Shown: positions 23,050 through 35,813 of the stretch, one piece after another
Layout: the number at the start of each line of letters is the position of its first letter
Numbering within the stretch: position 1 is the stretch's first letter
DNA from: Nemertoderma westbladi
Taxonomy: Eukaryota; Animalia; Xenacoelomorpha
NCBI GenBank assembly: GCA_032718475.1
Contig: JAUCBJ010006471.1
Location: 1-64,000, forward strand
DNA length: 64,000 nt
Reading direction: 5' to 3'
Notes under the pieces: model-generated
The model's input: only the letters and a program-made list of their open reading frames with translations
Told to the model about the DNA's origin: nothing
The model's database searches: none
Made by a program: the position numbers and the translations under genes

Positions 23050-23157
23050 GAGTGTCAGGGGCTAGTGGCTGAGCTGGTTAGCGCTACTGATGAGGCCTGT
23101 TAGGCCGAAACGTACGTATACGCTGGTTCAACCCCCCGTGACGCGCTCTCATTTTTT
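23050..23157 (+). ncRNA. tRNA-derived Pol III unit (SINE-like) carrying the hammerhead
   Basis: A box TGGCTGAGCTGG (23066-77) with D-arm GCTG/TAGC; B box GGTTCAACCC (23125-34); T6 terminator (23152-57); imperfect terminal pairing GAGTGTCAGGGG / CCCCGTGACGCGCTC. Confidence 0.7.
23076..23128 (+). ncRNA. Minimal type I hammerhead ribozyme
   Basis: CTGATGA (23087-93), stem II GGCCT-gtt-AGGCC, GAAA-C, palindromic ACGTACGT helix III, GTA cleavage triplet (23116-18), helix I AGCG(C)TA/TACGCT. Confidence 0.8.
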
Positions 23158-23264
23158 CCACTTCTGAACAAACCCATAATATTACACCTATATTATTATT
23201 GACCGATACAATATATTTTTTGGGGCACAATTTTGTACAGTGGTAATATTATTTATGTAAATAC

Positions 23265-23545
23265 CTGACAGTATGGACTCATAGTCCACTTTGGTCCATA
23301 AACTTTGAATTCTCCTTTGGTTATTGCATCAACAATTGCCAGTGCTAGAAGATATATCCCCATTAAGAAATCAGCAGCTGCTAAGTTCGTCACCAAAAAT
23401 CTGGGAACATCGCGTCGGGGCCGCTTGGAGATAACGTTTATAAATATTACAAATGAGTTGCCAACAATGGCGAGAATTGCCACTGACCAGATTCCTGCGC
23501 GCAACCACATCGGTCCCATAAGATCGTCGCAAGGAGTGAACGGGT
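23265..23545 (-). CDS. rk: Type-B LGR exon TM1-TM2
   Basis: ctaac...ttcag|AC CCG and CAG|gtattt. Translates PFTPCDDLMGPMWLRAGIW...GN...DVPRFLVTNLAAADFLMGIYL...GEF...W...CQ, closely resembling insect rickets as I recall it. Confidence 0.93.
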
Positions 23546-24850
23546 CTGAAATATAAGTTAGATGGTCATGTCTACAGAAATTATCATTATAATTTCTTAT
23601 TAACTCCTGCTGGCAAAATATTGTCATTCTTTCAATCATTTTGTACAGGTGTCTTAATTGCATTAGGAGATGCACAGGAAAATACACCCCCAGCATATCG
23701 ATAGGGCTTGTTATTAATTATATTATAAAGCTTGTATATTAGTGAGGTGCTATTACTTAACCTGTTTGTAACCAGGGCAATTCAACAATTCAGTCCCATA
23801 TCCGAATTATTTTCAATGGAATTGTTTTGATTAGGTTATTTTACCCCTGACCCTAGGATGTACTAGATTTCACATCCCCAACTCCAGCGTTTTTTACTAG
23901 TAGTGGTCATGCCCAACAGTCTGAAAACCACTGTGGATATTTATTGCATACAAGTAAGTATTTAAAAATATTTAGAAAAATATTTAATATAAAAATATTT
24001 AGAGCATATAAGAATTTTCATTCCTGACACATGGAGTTTGCTGACGATAATGTGAAGGTTGTATTGAAGGCCTTGAAGAGGCACTACTCAGTTAACTAGG
24101 CAGTAATAATCAATAAATGAATGGAACGAATCTGATCTTGATTGCAACAAATTTATTAAACAGATTAATGTTGAATGACTACAGTATGTCAGGGCTGTAG
24201 AGATTCATGCATGGAAATAAGGAAGGTTTCAATCTGATGATAGTAAAGGATGGATAGGCAAGTAGCTGCCATTTTTGTATAATTCTGCAAGGCATTTATT
24301 ATTATTAATTTATTTACACTTATATTATTATATTATTTATTAGTAGAGTATTATTATTATATATTGGTAAGAAGTTTCCTAAGGTGGTTCTGATTGTGTG
24401 TGCTATTCACCCACGAAAGTTGCCCCAGTAGAGGAGGTGGAAAATTTATACCACAGGCCTACAAGCAGCTAATGATGGTGATGGAGTGGATCAACATGCA
24501 TTCTTAACTAGTCTGCTAGCGTCAATCATAGTGTTAACCGAAATTCAGTCCTTCTTCAGGATTTTTTCATCTTTGGAAAGGGAATGTTTTCTGCTGTAAC
24601 CCAGTTCAGTTCACTAGAGTACTTCCTAGCATTGCCAAAAGAAACACCTTATTGGTTAGTACGAAAATCTGCTGTTGTTCTTCTTGTATTCTTCTTGCGT
24701 TAAGTGGTGGATACGTTGCGCTGGGGTTCATAAACTAGATATAGACAACGTTAGTTTAGGGGGGTGATGATTTTTAGGTTGATTTTCAACACACAAAAAC
24801 AGTGAGGAGAGAAACAAAACTTTTATTTTATGGTTGGAAACCCAATGGTT

Positions 24851-27710
24851 ACTACTACTACTACGTTCGGCATGCTGCATTGCTGCTGCATTATATATAT
24901 ATATTACATATATAATATATATTAAGAATGCTGTGCCGGCTTGTCGACAAAATTGCGCCACCACAACTCCCATGACATTTGCTAGATCAGCCGCATCTTC
25001 AAGGCCAGTTGCCTTTAAGATGCGTCTCAAGAATGTCATGGGCTGTCCACCCACTCCTCATGTCATATTCACTCCATCAGGCTGCCAAAGCACAAGATTT
25101 GCACTGGCTGGTCCTCACGGCGAAAGCAATGCCCTGCAAAGCAGAGGCAGCTTTGTTCTAGTGTCAAGCTTGGGGGAACCAATGAGATACCTCCAATGTT
25201 ATATAGTGTCTGGTTGGAGATGTGTGCATTGCACTTGACACATTGAACCCGGAGTAGCATTCTTGTGAATGTGCCATCCAGAGATTTGGTGTCCTCAGCA
25301 TTTAGAGCCCAGCATTGACTCCCATAGAGGAGTACTGGAACTACTGCTGCTCTAAATAATCGGACCTTAAGTTTCTGGTTAATTCTCTGTGACTTCCAAA
25401 TTCTGGAAAGCCAATTCAAGGCTGCCCCTGTCTTTCCCTTAGTATTCGAAGGTCCTCATCTGACTTCCGGATCCATGATCCCAGGTAACATAAGTCATCC
25501 ACATGCTCAAGCATACCATCCTTTGAGCTTATGCTCATCCGGTCAGAGACTTGCTGATGACTTTCAAAGTTAACTGTCAAAATTTTGACATTTTTGGAGT
25601 TAATAAAAAGACCAAAACTAGAAGCAGCCTGTTCTCGCTGAGGAGACATTGGGCTCCCTCTAATGATTCTGAGAGTACTACTAAGTCATCAGCAAAGTCT
25701 AGATCACTTAGGTACTTGGCAGGTTTTCCTCGACTTCTGGAGCCAGTAGGTGGAGTTACCATCACCCCATCATCATTATGATGATCTAAGGATATGTATA
25801 GAAACATAGTAAACCACAATTATGAACAAGATTGGTGCAATGCAAGTGTGTCTCCCTGGAGGACTCCACCTAACACTTCGAATGGTTCTGTGTCACTGTC
25901 AACAGTAGACACAAATATCGTCGAACCATTGTATACTGATCTGATTGCTGTAATAATTTCATCAGGAATCCCATATATTGAAAGTATGCTGAACATACAT
26001 GAGCGAGAGACTGAATCAAAGGCCTTGAAGAAGTCAACAAAAAGATAACAGCCAGATGCCTGTCTTTCTTTTTTGATAACTCTTAAATTAACCGAATAAG
26101 TTTCAAAATTGGCTCCATGGTCCCACGACCAATACAGAACCCATTCTGATTTCCACAGAGCAGTCTCTCAATGGGATCCCTGACACGATTTAATATAATT
26201 CTATTGTATAGCTTTGCAACAATCGAAATCAATGAGATTCCCCAACCATAGAGTGTTAGGTTGCCCTTCTTGGGAACTGGCACCAACTTATTTGTTTTCA
26301 TTTCTTGTGGGGCTCTTGTCGTTCTGTACTGTACATGTCTACTATGATGGGATAAATGAGCTTCAAACTATGGTATATTAAACCAGGTTCAAACCAGGTA
26401 TATTAAAGACATCAGGGGGGACACCATCTACTCCACTGGCACGATTGGTCTTAAAATGCTCTTTGCAGCAGTCTTCACTTCAGTAAAGGAGATATAGCCA
26501 ATGGGAATATCTGGGAGTACAGACTCAGACACTACTTCTATAAAGTTATCAGGCAAAATCCTGTCCTTTTTGAGGAGTTTTCTTTTACTTTTCAAAGTGG
26601 GCCTTTCAACCATTATTGAGGCGATCGGCTGGTGATTCTGCCTTAACCTTACTACTACTAGGATCGGCATGCTGCATTGCAGCTGCATTTTTAAGAATGC
26701 TGTGCCGGCTTGTCAACAAAATTGCACCGCCACAACTCCCTATCACCCATGACATTTGCTAGATCATCCGCATCTTTAAGGCCAGTGTCCTTTAAGATGC
26801 GTCTCAAGAAAGTCATGGGCTGTCCACCATGCTTATTCACTCCATGAGGCTGCCAAAGTACAAGATTATGCACTGGCTGGTCCTCACGGCGAAAGCAATG
26901 TCCTGCAAAGCGGAGGCGATTTTGTTCTAGTGTCAAGCTTGGGGGAACCAATGAGACACCTCCAATGTTATATAGTGTCTGGTTGGAGATGTGTGCATTG
27001 TACTTGACACAATGTACCCGGCGTAGCATTCTTGTGAATGTGCCATCCAGAGATTTGGTGTCCTCAGCAGTTAGAGCCCAGCATGGACTCCCGTAGATGA
27101 GTACTGGAACTACTGCTGCTCTGAATAATCGGACCTTAAGTTTCCGATTAATTCTAGGTGACTTCCAAATCCTGGAAAGCCTATTCAAGGCTGCCCATGC
27201 CTTTCCCTTTGCCTTAACCTTGGTGGTTGGTTGGCTTTTCTGCCCAGTAAGCAATTTGATCGATTTCCATGCCTGGGATGATTGCCTGCTGTCATCGGCA
27301 TCATTGATGGCATCAACCTGTTGGTTTATAATCTCCTGTTGATTAACATAGTACTTTTTTCCTGTTTCGAGGGTATACAGGAACTGTTTCTGCAGCTGCT
27401 AACTCTTACTGCTTCTGTGAAGGCATTATAGCCCTTGCAGTGATCTGCCACCTCAGAGGCAAGAACCTCATACCTGTTGCTCAGTTGTAGTGTGAAGCTG
27501 GATCTCACACTTGGCTGTTGCAACAGAGAGGACCAGTCATGCCGTGGCAAGGCAGATTTCGTTGTTCTGCTAGCATGCAGACTTACTTTGTTCTGTACTT
27601 GTAAGTCTCACCTTGGCCACAATAAGGCGGTGATCACTGGATAAGGGTCGAAGTGTAAATGCGTTACAGTCTTGTATAGAGCACCTGTATTTCCTATGAA
27701 ACAGAATATG
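24851..27710 (-). mobile_element. Degraded RTE-clade LINE, interrupted by a younger copy of the same family
   Basis: PVPKKGNL, NQNGF, FVDFFKAFDS, DLDFADDLVVL, YLGSWI and the C-terminal KVRLFRAAVVPVLLYGS; (TAG)n tail at 24851-24863; many frameshifts. Confidence 0.85.
26651..27209 (-). mobile_element. 5'-truncated RTE copy nested in its own family
   Basis: 12-bp TSD TGCCTTAACCTT (26639-50, 27210-21); (TAG)n tail; open C-terminal frame paralogous to 24920-25420. Confidence 0.85.
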
Positions 27711-30700
27711 GTCTAAAACCGGCCAAGTGACATTTTTGTCAAAATTGATGTTTTGATTGAATAATATAGAATCGAATGCACTCTCTCAAGTGGTAAAAAT
27801 GGCTAAGTCATAGAGCCAATCAGTAAAAAGTTATTCAATTATAGAATAACAGCCACGTAGCAGAGTACTATTTTACGGTATGTCAGAAAATCCTAATTGC
27901 TTATAGCTGTTTTTGCCATTATGCGCCAACATCCTATATGTTTTTAGGCATTTTTGCCATTTCAACAAATGAATACCTTCTGACAGACTGTGTTGTGTAG
28001 TAGATGTAATTGTGGCAGAAAGTATTATAAAATACTAACATATTAAAACTAATGCCAAAATTACCCAATTACAATTACGTATATTTATTAACTATTAAAC
28101 ACAGTAACACAGAGTTCAAAGAAAAAAATTCGGTAAGACTATTACAATCAACACTGTAACTGTAAGATTTTACCAACAACTTCACCGGCGGTGCAGGCGG
28201 TTGTCGCGCCCATAACAGACTCAGACGTTTCTCCGACTTCACCGGCGGTGCAGGCTGATGTCGCGCCCCTAACGGACTCGGTCGTTCCCCCGACTTCACC
28301 GGCTGTGCAAGAACCATGCAACAAGCGCTCGGAATGCTGCCAGTGTTGGTACGCTGACGACGCATCGGCTGTTGGCAGACTGGCAGCTGTACATCGGTGG
28401 TGGCTGATGCTGAAAGAATTCGGCCCCTCAATCGGATACTTCCCCGAGCCGAGTAAGAGCCAGTTGGTTATCAAACACGGACTTGAAGACACTGCCCACG
28501 AGATATTCGGCTCCAGCGGTGTCCGGATATCTCATGGCCACCGCTTTCTTGGAGGCTATGTTGGCGACTCCGTTGGCAAGCGTGCGTTTCTAGCGGAGAA
28601 GGTGTCTGGCTGGACGAAGTCCATCGACATCCTAGCGGACGTCGCGACAGAGTTCCCCCAGACAGCCCACTCAGCGATGAGCCGCTGTCTGCAAGCTGAG
28701 TGGGACTACATCCTCCGGGTGTGCAACCCACACGAGTCAGAACTCGCTCCGATCCAGTCGATGTTGGTCAACCGATACATCCCCTCTCTCTTCGGTTCGA
28801 CCCCCAGCCCGGCCCTCGATCGGCTCCTGCTTCTCCCGGTCCGGCATGGTGGTCTGGGCATCCGGGACCCCATCGAGCGATCCGGGCCGGCCCATCTCGC
28901 AACGACTTCCGGTACTGCGAGGATTGTGGATGCCATAGAGACTGGCGGGTGTCTCCACGTCGCTGACCACGTCGCCTGCCTCAAGACAGCCCTTGTCGAG
29001 TGTTGACAGACACAGGACGCCGCCTGTAAGGTCAAATTCGAGGCCTCTCTGGCGGCGCGTTCCCACCTGATCGGCGCCGAACTGTCAGCCGGGCGGCGAA
29101 ATACAAGACTGGTGGATGGCTCTCCGCGCAACCCTCGCCCATAGACCACACCGACCTGGACCCGCAGTCTTTTCGGGACAACCTCTCGTTGCGGTATAGT
29201 ATGACGCCCCCAGACCTTCCAGTAAACTGCGAGGGCTGCGGCGAACCCTTCGACACTGCGCACGCTCTCAGCTGCAAGGTCGGAGGGCTAGTTATTCGCC
29301 GGCACAATGAGATCCGGGACGTGTTTGGTGACCTTCTTGCGGAGGCCTTCGGTGCGACTAACATCGAGCGGGAGGTCACCCTGGCCGAAGGTCACCAGGT
29401 CTCGGATGGGCAGGCTGTGGAGGGGGTGAGGGCGGATTTGGTATCCAGGGGTGTTTGGGCGAACCAGGTAGTGGCGTCTTTCGACGTATCGATTATAAAT
29501 CTTGACGCCACTTCCTATGTTCGCTCCAACGCCTCAACGGAGACCTTACTATGCTCTAAGAGGGTCGGGATGAGACAGCGGGGTTTAGGAGAGGTTTTGG
29601 GTGCGGTGAGGCGGCGGCTGCAGTTTGGTCTCCTTCGGGCGACCTCTCTGTGCCTCCGGGGTGGTAGGAGGCCATGGCGGGGCCTCGGGTTTGGGGATGG
29701 GGCGGGGATTCGGGGTGTTGACCCAGATATGTACTGATTACATATCTGTTTCTTTATTGTAAATATTTATTGTTAACCTGTGCTTCTATCTTAATTATTC
29801 TACTTAATTAATTTGTGATCATTTGTGCTTCGCCTGATTTTATAATTTAGTAATGGAATAATAAATTGATAAAATAAAAAAAAAAAAGATTTTACCAACA
29901 ATACCAGTCAGGAATCAGTATTCATTTATAGATTTGTCAAAATTACTCTTCTTACTCAAAATTTGGTTTGATCAAAGTATCGCTAAGATTTTCATCTGCA
30001 GGTAAGGCCTTATCTTTTATAAGCCATGAAACTCAATCGGGATGATGGGAATGTTTATATCACAATGACTTAATTATGGTCCTTCTTCTTTTTGACAGAT
30101 ATCAGTTTCTGACCTTTGTGGTGACAGATCAACTTACAGTCCTTGAGATGGACTGCGTTTCTAGGTTTTTTTTTCGCAGGTTTTGCTTAGGGGATTTAAG
30201 GTAGTTAACAACTATCTCTTGGAAGTTTTCTTCAGAGTACAAGTAGTTGAAGTATTATACATCAGGTGTTGATTTCATGTACTTTAGGTTAACTATTTTG
30301 TTCCAGTTTGCCGTCGATCCATCAACAGCTAATTTGGTGTTGATGACAACATTGTCACTTTAAGTCATGGAGATCATAGAAATCATTGTGTTTCAGATTA
30401 CATTATATGTCTATCTCGACAGGAATAAAGAGTATTAACTGAAAAATTAACTGAAAACATATCTTTCCTTTTGGCACCATTCTCAATCTGGGCATGAATT
30501 GAGTCAACCTCCACAACTAAGAACTTTTGTTCAATGATGTCAAGGGAAGGATAATGAGCTACACAATGCAGCAACATGTTTATTTTTATTCTGGCCTTCA
30601 CAGTTATCAGAGAATACACTGATGTGTTTAACTCACACACTGATGTATTTAACTCGCGGTGGTTGGTCATCCATGTATTTAACCAGCGCTATTCCAATTT

Positions 30701-32667
30701 CATCTGGACCTCAATGACCCTCCCACTTCGGCCACCCACAACAAACAAGAAGTGTCGCCATTGACTTGATAAGAAGCTACAAAATTATAGTGCAGCTTTT
30801 TGGAGATAATAGGTAGGAATTGTTCTACCTTGAGGTATGTCCAATACCTTTAGGAGGTCTGCAGTAATGGATTTAAATGTTGCATCCAACTTAGATTTCT
30901 CTTTGTCTCGAGTCTTCTCGATGCGAGATATGTCAACGAACTCACGATGTGGAGCTTTGATCTCTTCTATATACAGTTCTTTAGCTTGTCAGTGTAATAA
31001 CAAATAATAATAACTAATAATAATAATAATAATAACAACTAATAACAAATTACACACTTATCCTTTTTTGGTAAGTGAAAACTGTAATTATAAAATTCTG
31101 ATTTAAATCGTTCATAAATTCGATTGTATCTTAGCTTACTAAGTACTTCCAATAATTATCATACATTCCAGGGACATTGAGACCATAGCGTAAGTATAAT
31201 CTATTTGTATCTTTCCGGCAATAATGTGATTCAACTGCTGGATACTGACTTATGTGAGCTTCAATCAGTTCTAAGTGACTTTTCTTGATCTTGTTATGTG
31301 GTGGATGTTTCCCTCTCCTATCAATTGTGGTCGATGCCCAACAGGTAGTGTGTGCCCTTTATTTATGTGTTCTATTGTATGTAGATTTAGTAATAACCAA
31401 GGTTAAAAAAAAAAAACTCACAACACACACACTTTTGTCTCAATACTGTCAATTAAGAAGAAAGCACGTATAAGCATGCATTTATATTGCGAGATTTTTG
31501 TCACCCTTTGCTATTACTTTATGCTTAGTCACATTCTCCACAGTTGTATGGTTAACAATAAAATCGTATTGCCTTTGTTTATCTAATGCTCTAAATTCCG
31601 AAAATATTCAAAGTTGATCATCTTTGGTTAATTTATCATTGCATTTGTATCGGCAATGACAAGCAATGTATGTGGGAACTTTCACCGGCCTTATTTTTCC
31701 ATCACTATACAATAGTTATTTGCCCTTCTTTCACAGTGGTTAGATTTCCCCTATCATTGTTAGAGATTACAGAGTATATATAGCCAATTAACTCATTTTT
31801 GTATGTATGTTACTTGGATGTTTTTGACACATTTCAATATAAAATAGCTGACCGCGAGGCAGGAAAATATCAGTTTACAGGGTTAATTATTTCAACAAAT
31901 CAACAAATTCGTTTCTAAGAGTGTAGTTCTGTTTCATCTCCTCCTTTGCCAACTTCTTCATAAACTTGACCTTCATACACTCGGCTCTTCTTCCTCGGCC
32001 CCTTGATCAAAACTTTCCTACTCCTTTCTTCCCCCGACTTTTCGATCTTCCCTTCATCTTCTTTCCTTTCTTCCCCTTTCCTCTATGACTTCTAGACCGA
32101 CTGCCTTTACCTCGGCGACTCCTAGACCTGCTTTTCTTTCCCTTCTTCTTTCCCTTCTTACTTCCCTTCCATTTCTTTCGTCTCCGTTTCTCCATATCTT
32201 TCCTGCTGGTTGATCTACTCACAAACAATATCCTTGTTTCTATCTTCCTCTAAGGCCCAACTCATCCTCACCCAACACGGTATTTTCACACTCATTGTAA
32301 GCCATCACAGCAATGGAACCTAATCACCAGTACTGTTTATATTATTTATTTATCCTATTAAAACTTTGTTGCAACTTAAATCATTAGTGTTTTGCGTATC
32401 ACATTTCAATATGCAAATACATTTTGGCAAATACAGCCAAGTAACATTAACAGCTACTAATTCATAGGAAGCTAAATAGTAATGTAATTCGTTTTAATAT
32501 CGTATGAGACATCACTTATCAAGTTCCAATGTGGCCAATTTTCCCATCACAATCACGAATAGTAAAAAAATTAATTAAAATTTAATTTATTAATTAATTA
32601 AAAAACTGATTATCTCAGAATGACAAATTTGGAACTTGACCGTTTTTTGCCAGAATGGTGTTGATAT
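27700..32667 (-). mobile_element. Degraded Sola (Sola1-like) DNA transposon
   Basis: Transposase motif remnants HISQYPAVESHYCRKD (~31200-31260), YNYSFHLPKKDKCVIC (~31050-31100), DLLKVLDIP and QKFL..EVDSIHAQIE. Imperfect TIRs: aaaaccggccaagt...ttgtca / tgacaa...acttgaccgtttttt. Confidence 0.7.
28180..29885 (+). mobile_element. CRE-like (RLE) non-LTR retrotransposon, truncated and internally deleted
   Basis: WYADD, GPSIGYFPEPSKS, RFLGGYVG, LPVRHGGLGI, CEGCG...HALSCKVGG...RHNEIRD, RADL; poly(A) tail; 16-bp TSD AAGATTTTACCAACAA (28164-79, 29886-901). Confidence 0.9.
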
Positions 32668-34669
32668 TATATTGTGCATGATGTACCTGTATCTCACATC
32701 GGTCCCTCGTTTCAATAGTCACTTCGCTGGTTTCGTTTAGCTCGTTTATGTAAATATTAACAGTCGGGACCGGCGTGGGAAAAAGTCCTACATTATATAC
32801 AATATAATAAATAGTTATTACCAGGCTTTGTAGTTGTGGACATTAATTCCATTGTAGACATTCATTACAGCCTCATTTATTGAGTTGATTCCCCAGTTCC
32901 CATACCCATTCCTCTGTTTCAGACGTGTTTCCAGGTAATCCTCATCCAGGTGGCTTGTTACACAAACAAAGGTAATGGGTGAGGTGGATCAGTTGGATCG
33001 CAATACTCTTAAAGTACTTTGCAATAAGTACCGGTATGTATGTGGTATTACTCCAAAATTGAACGGCTATTGATGAAGAACTGCATATGAAAAACTGCAT
33101 TTATTCATTCAATAGCCAGGTACTTGGCCATTCTCCCCTGCCCTTAACTTATTCTACCTAGAATCACAGGAATCGATCTACCTTACTAATGCCAGTCTGC
33201 ATCAATAGGACAGAATTGGGTTTTATAGTGGATTATATTAATTTGTACATTAATAATGTAATGTGTAACATAATGCTCAGTATTCCACTACACGAAGATC
33301 ACTGTGCCAGTTATTATCGTACTGGTTGTTTGCTTGTTGCCAAGTACAATATCCTATGCGAACAATCCGCACTGGCAATGAGAACTGTACATATTAGTAT
33401 TGATGTTTTGAAGTCCTGTTGTGGTTGCAATGCTCTGTCGGGCACTGCAAAAGTGCCTCTGCTTCAAGGCAGATCATGTATCACTTGATTCAGGCCTGGG
33501 GGAGCCAGTAACTTCAAAATGTACTACCGGTCCATTCTAGGATGGTGTTATCGGAACCTTTGCTTCCGCGGGATGACTTCATGGACTCACCTATGTAGCA
33601 AGTATGCTCCAGTATGCAGCCAAACGATCTGAGCCTTAAATCGATGGTCATTCAGACTGCTGGGAACTATGGTACCCCCATTCCCACGCCCTCAGGTTCA
33701 CCTGGGGATAAATTATACAAAGGAGGCTCGAGTTCATTTTCGAGGACAACTATCTCTATGCCCCTTTATTTGTTATTGGTGCTGCACCACCTGCACCATC
33801 AGGTATTGATGCTGGACCGACTCCCTGCCCGCTCCTTTATTCATGATGGACCGACTCCCTGCCCACTCAGTTATTCATGCTGTTTTTTCTTTAAATTTAT
33901 TCCTAGTAAATTTGTTGTCTTACTGTTTTTTGTGTTAGCATATAATCAATGGCATTCTAGACAATGGCATCATGATTTTTACATGATTTCTGAGTATGTA
34001 GCAGTCGTGTCCATTGTATGTAATAGTTTTACTTTAATTTGCTGCTGTGCTTGTGTTGTAGAAGTTATAAATGGTTGTTTTTTATTGTTGTGGATTTCCC
34101 ACATCAGTTTTGCTGTTTCATTTCAAGTATGTGTAGTTAATCAATGGGGAGTATATTTAGTTGTTTGTAGAGTGGTGGTGCGTGTTCACGGTAGTGACTG
34201 AAAGTAATCGCTCTCAAAAATTTATTAATTTTAATTTTTATAGGTTTAATGTGTTCTTGTTTAGCATTACCCCAGATCACTTCCGTAGTGATGCTACGGA
34301 ATATTTGGCCTATTCGGTGTATTAGTGCGAAGTATAATAACTTAATTAATAATGATGACGGTGATGGTAGCCATTACGTCTATATCATATACATATCATA
34401 TATCATAATCTATATCATAATGCTGAACGATGAATGCAATAAGATGTTGATGGTGATGTTGATGGTGTAAGGTTCCATGTATATTTCACCTTATAAGTTC
34501 ATTTAATTTATATATAAGTCTCTTCAGGGGATGCATTAGCACCTATTATTACTACTTCAGCTACTTCATTCACTGCATTTGGTCCTTCATATAATTATTA
34601 TCACAGGGTATCATCGGCAGACCCAGTGACTAAAGAGGCATTATTTTTTTAAATAAGCTAATGTCCTAC

Positions 34670-34822
34670 CTTGTTCAGGTAAACATGTGATGTCAGACAT
34701 TTCGTAGGTACTTGGTTTTAGTTGCTCCCCAGATATCGAAAGACCATCAACTGTGTTAAAGTCTAAAGATGAACTATCTTTCGTTCCAGGTGTAAAACCA
34801 AAGACACCGTCGAAATTATTTT
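34670..34822 (-). CDS. rk: Type-B LGR hinge-end exon
   Basis: ttgtag|AA...CAA G|gtagga. Ends ...MSDITCLPEQ and joins D-PFTPCDDL to form the CxPxxxPFxPC hinge motif. Confidence 0.85.
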
Positions 34823-35415
34823 CTACAAATGAAAATGTTAGTATTTAATAATAGTCAACATCATCTATTTTTCTATCTATTGTTACTTTACTTTATTTAC
34901 TACATTCGTGCCAAATAGCCGATTTCCATTTAATGGTAAAGGGTTTCCTTGAATGATAAAAATCGTTCTACTAATTTAATTAATTTAAGTTGAATTTAAT
35001 TTAATCAAAAATGTAAAATAATTTAATTACTAGTTACAGTAGTTATAAAATCCTGACGAAACAAGGAATAAAAAAATTGGTGCAAATAAATTGTGATTAA
35101 AAATGAGCCTCTATCTATCGAAAAAAACCCTTTCAAATAATACATGGGTTGCAACCCAGTCAACCATTATTGCTGCAATCCATGTCTTTTATTAATTAAA
35201 ATGTGAAATACTTCAGAGTGGAATGTAGTAATGGGATATTATGATGAAACGATTTTGTTATTGTTTACTGTACTTCAATGTCAATAAAGCTTCTTTGTAT
35301 GTGTATTGCAAAGAACTGTGACTAACCTTTCAATAAATAGCCTTCATCTGGAAAGGTAGCACACATTCACTTTAAAGTTTATTCTTTCATATTGGTAAAT
35401 GACACTTCTACTCAC

Positions 35416-35488
35416 CGTAATAACCTCCTTCTACATTGAATGAGATAATGGTTGGCGCTCCAGAATAATTCAATGCATTCCCCAAAAT
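35416..35488 (-). CDS. rk: Type-B LGR hinge exon
   Basis: ttccag|ATT...TAC G|gtgagt. Translates ILGNALNYSGAPTIISFNVEGGYY; phase 0 to 1 bridges the flanking exons exactly. Confidence 0.7.
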
Positions 35489-35813
35489 CTGGAATATAAG
35501 TTACTTCGCAAATAAAATCAGAATTCATTAATTGAGAAATTTAAATATATATAGTTTTTCAGCGAGTGGTTGAAAACGGACAAGTACAGAAGGATTAAGC
35601 GCAGTGGCTGCTGATGATGGAGGTGTACCAGCCCGCATTTCATCAGCGGGTAGCTGATGGTCACGCTCAAATGTGATTAGATTGTGCCCTAGTCTACGAG
35701 TAAACATTCAGCAGTTGCTGTTGGCTGTTGTAACACCAGTATGCCAAAAGAGTGAGCTGGGCAGTTCAAATATATGGGAACTTATAATACCATTTTATTA
35801 TTTTCTTACTTAC

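Noticed and set aside
23059-23140. Functional tRNA gene
   Set aside because: No anticodon arm, and the T-stem and acceptor stem do not pair canonically; treated as tRNA-derived instead.
24525-24565. Second hammerhead-like motif on the minus strand (CTGAAGA...GACTGA/TCGGTT stem)
   Set aside because: The GAAA box and NUH triplet are absent; at best a decayed remnant.
33189-34470. ORFs 33189-33488, 33614-34201 and 34249-34470
   Set aside because: No recognisable motifs; composition suggests decayed repeat or antisense noise.
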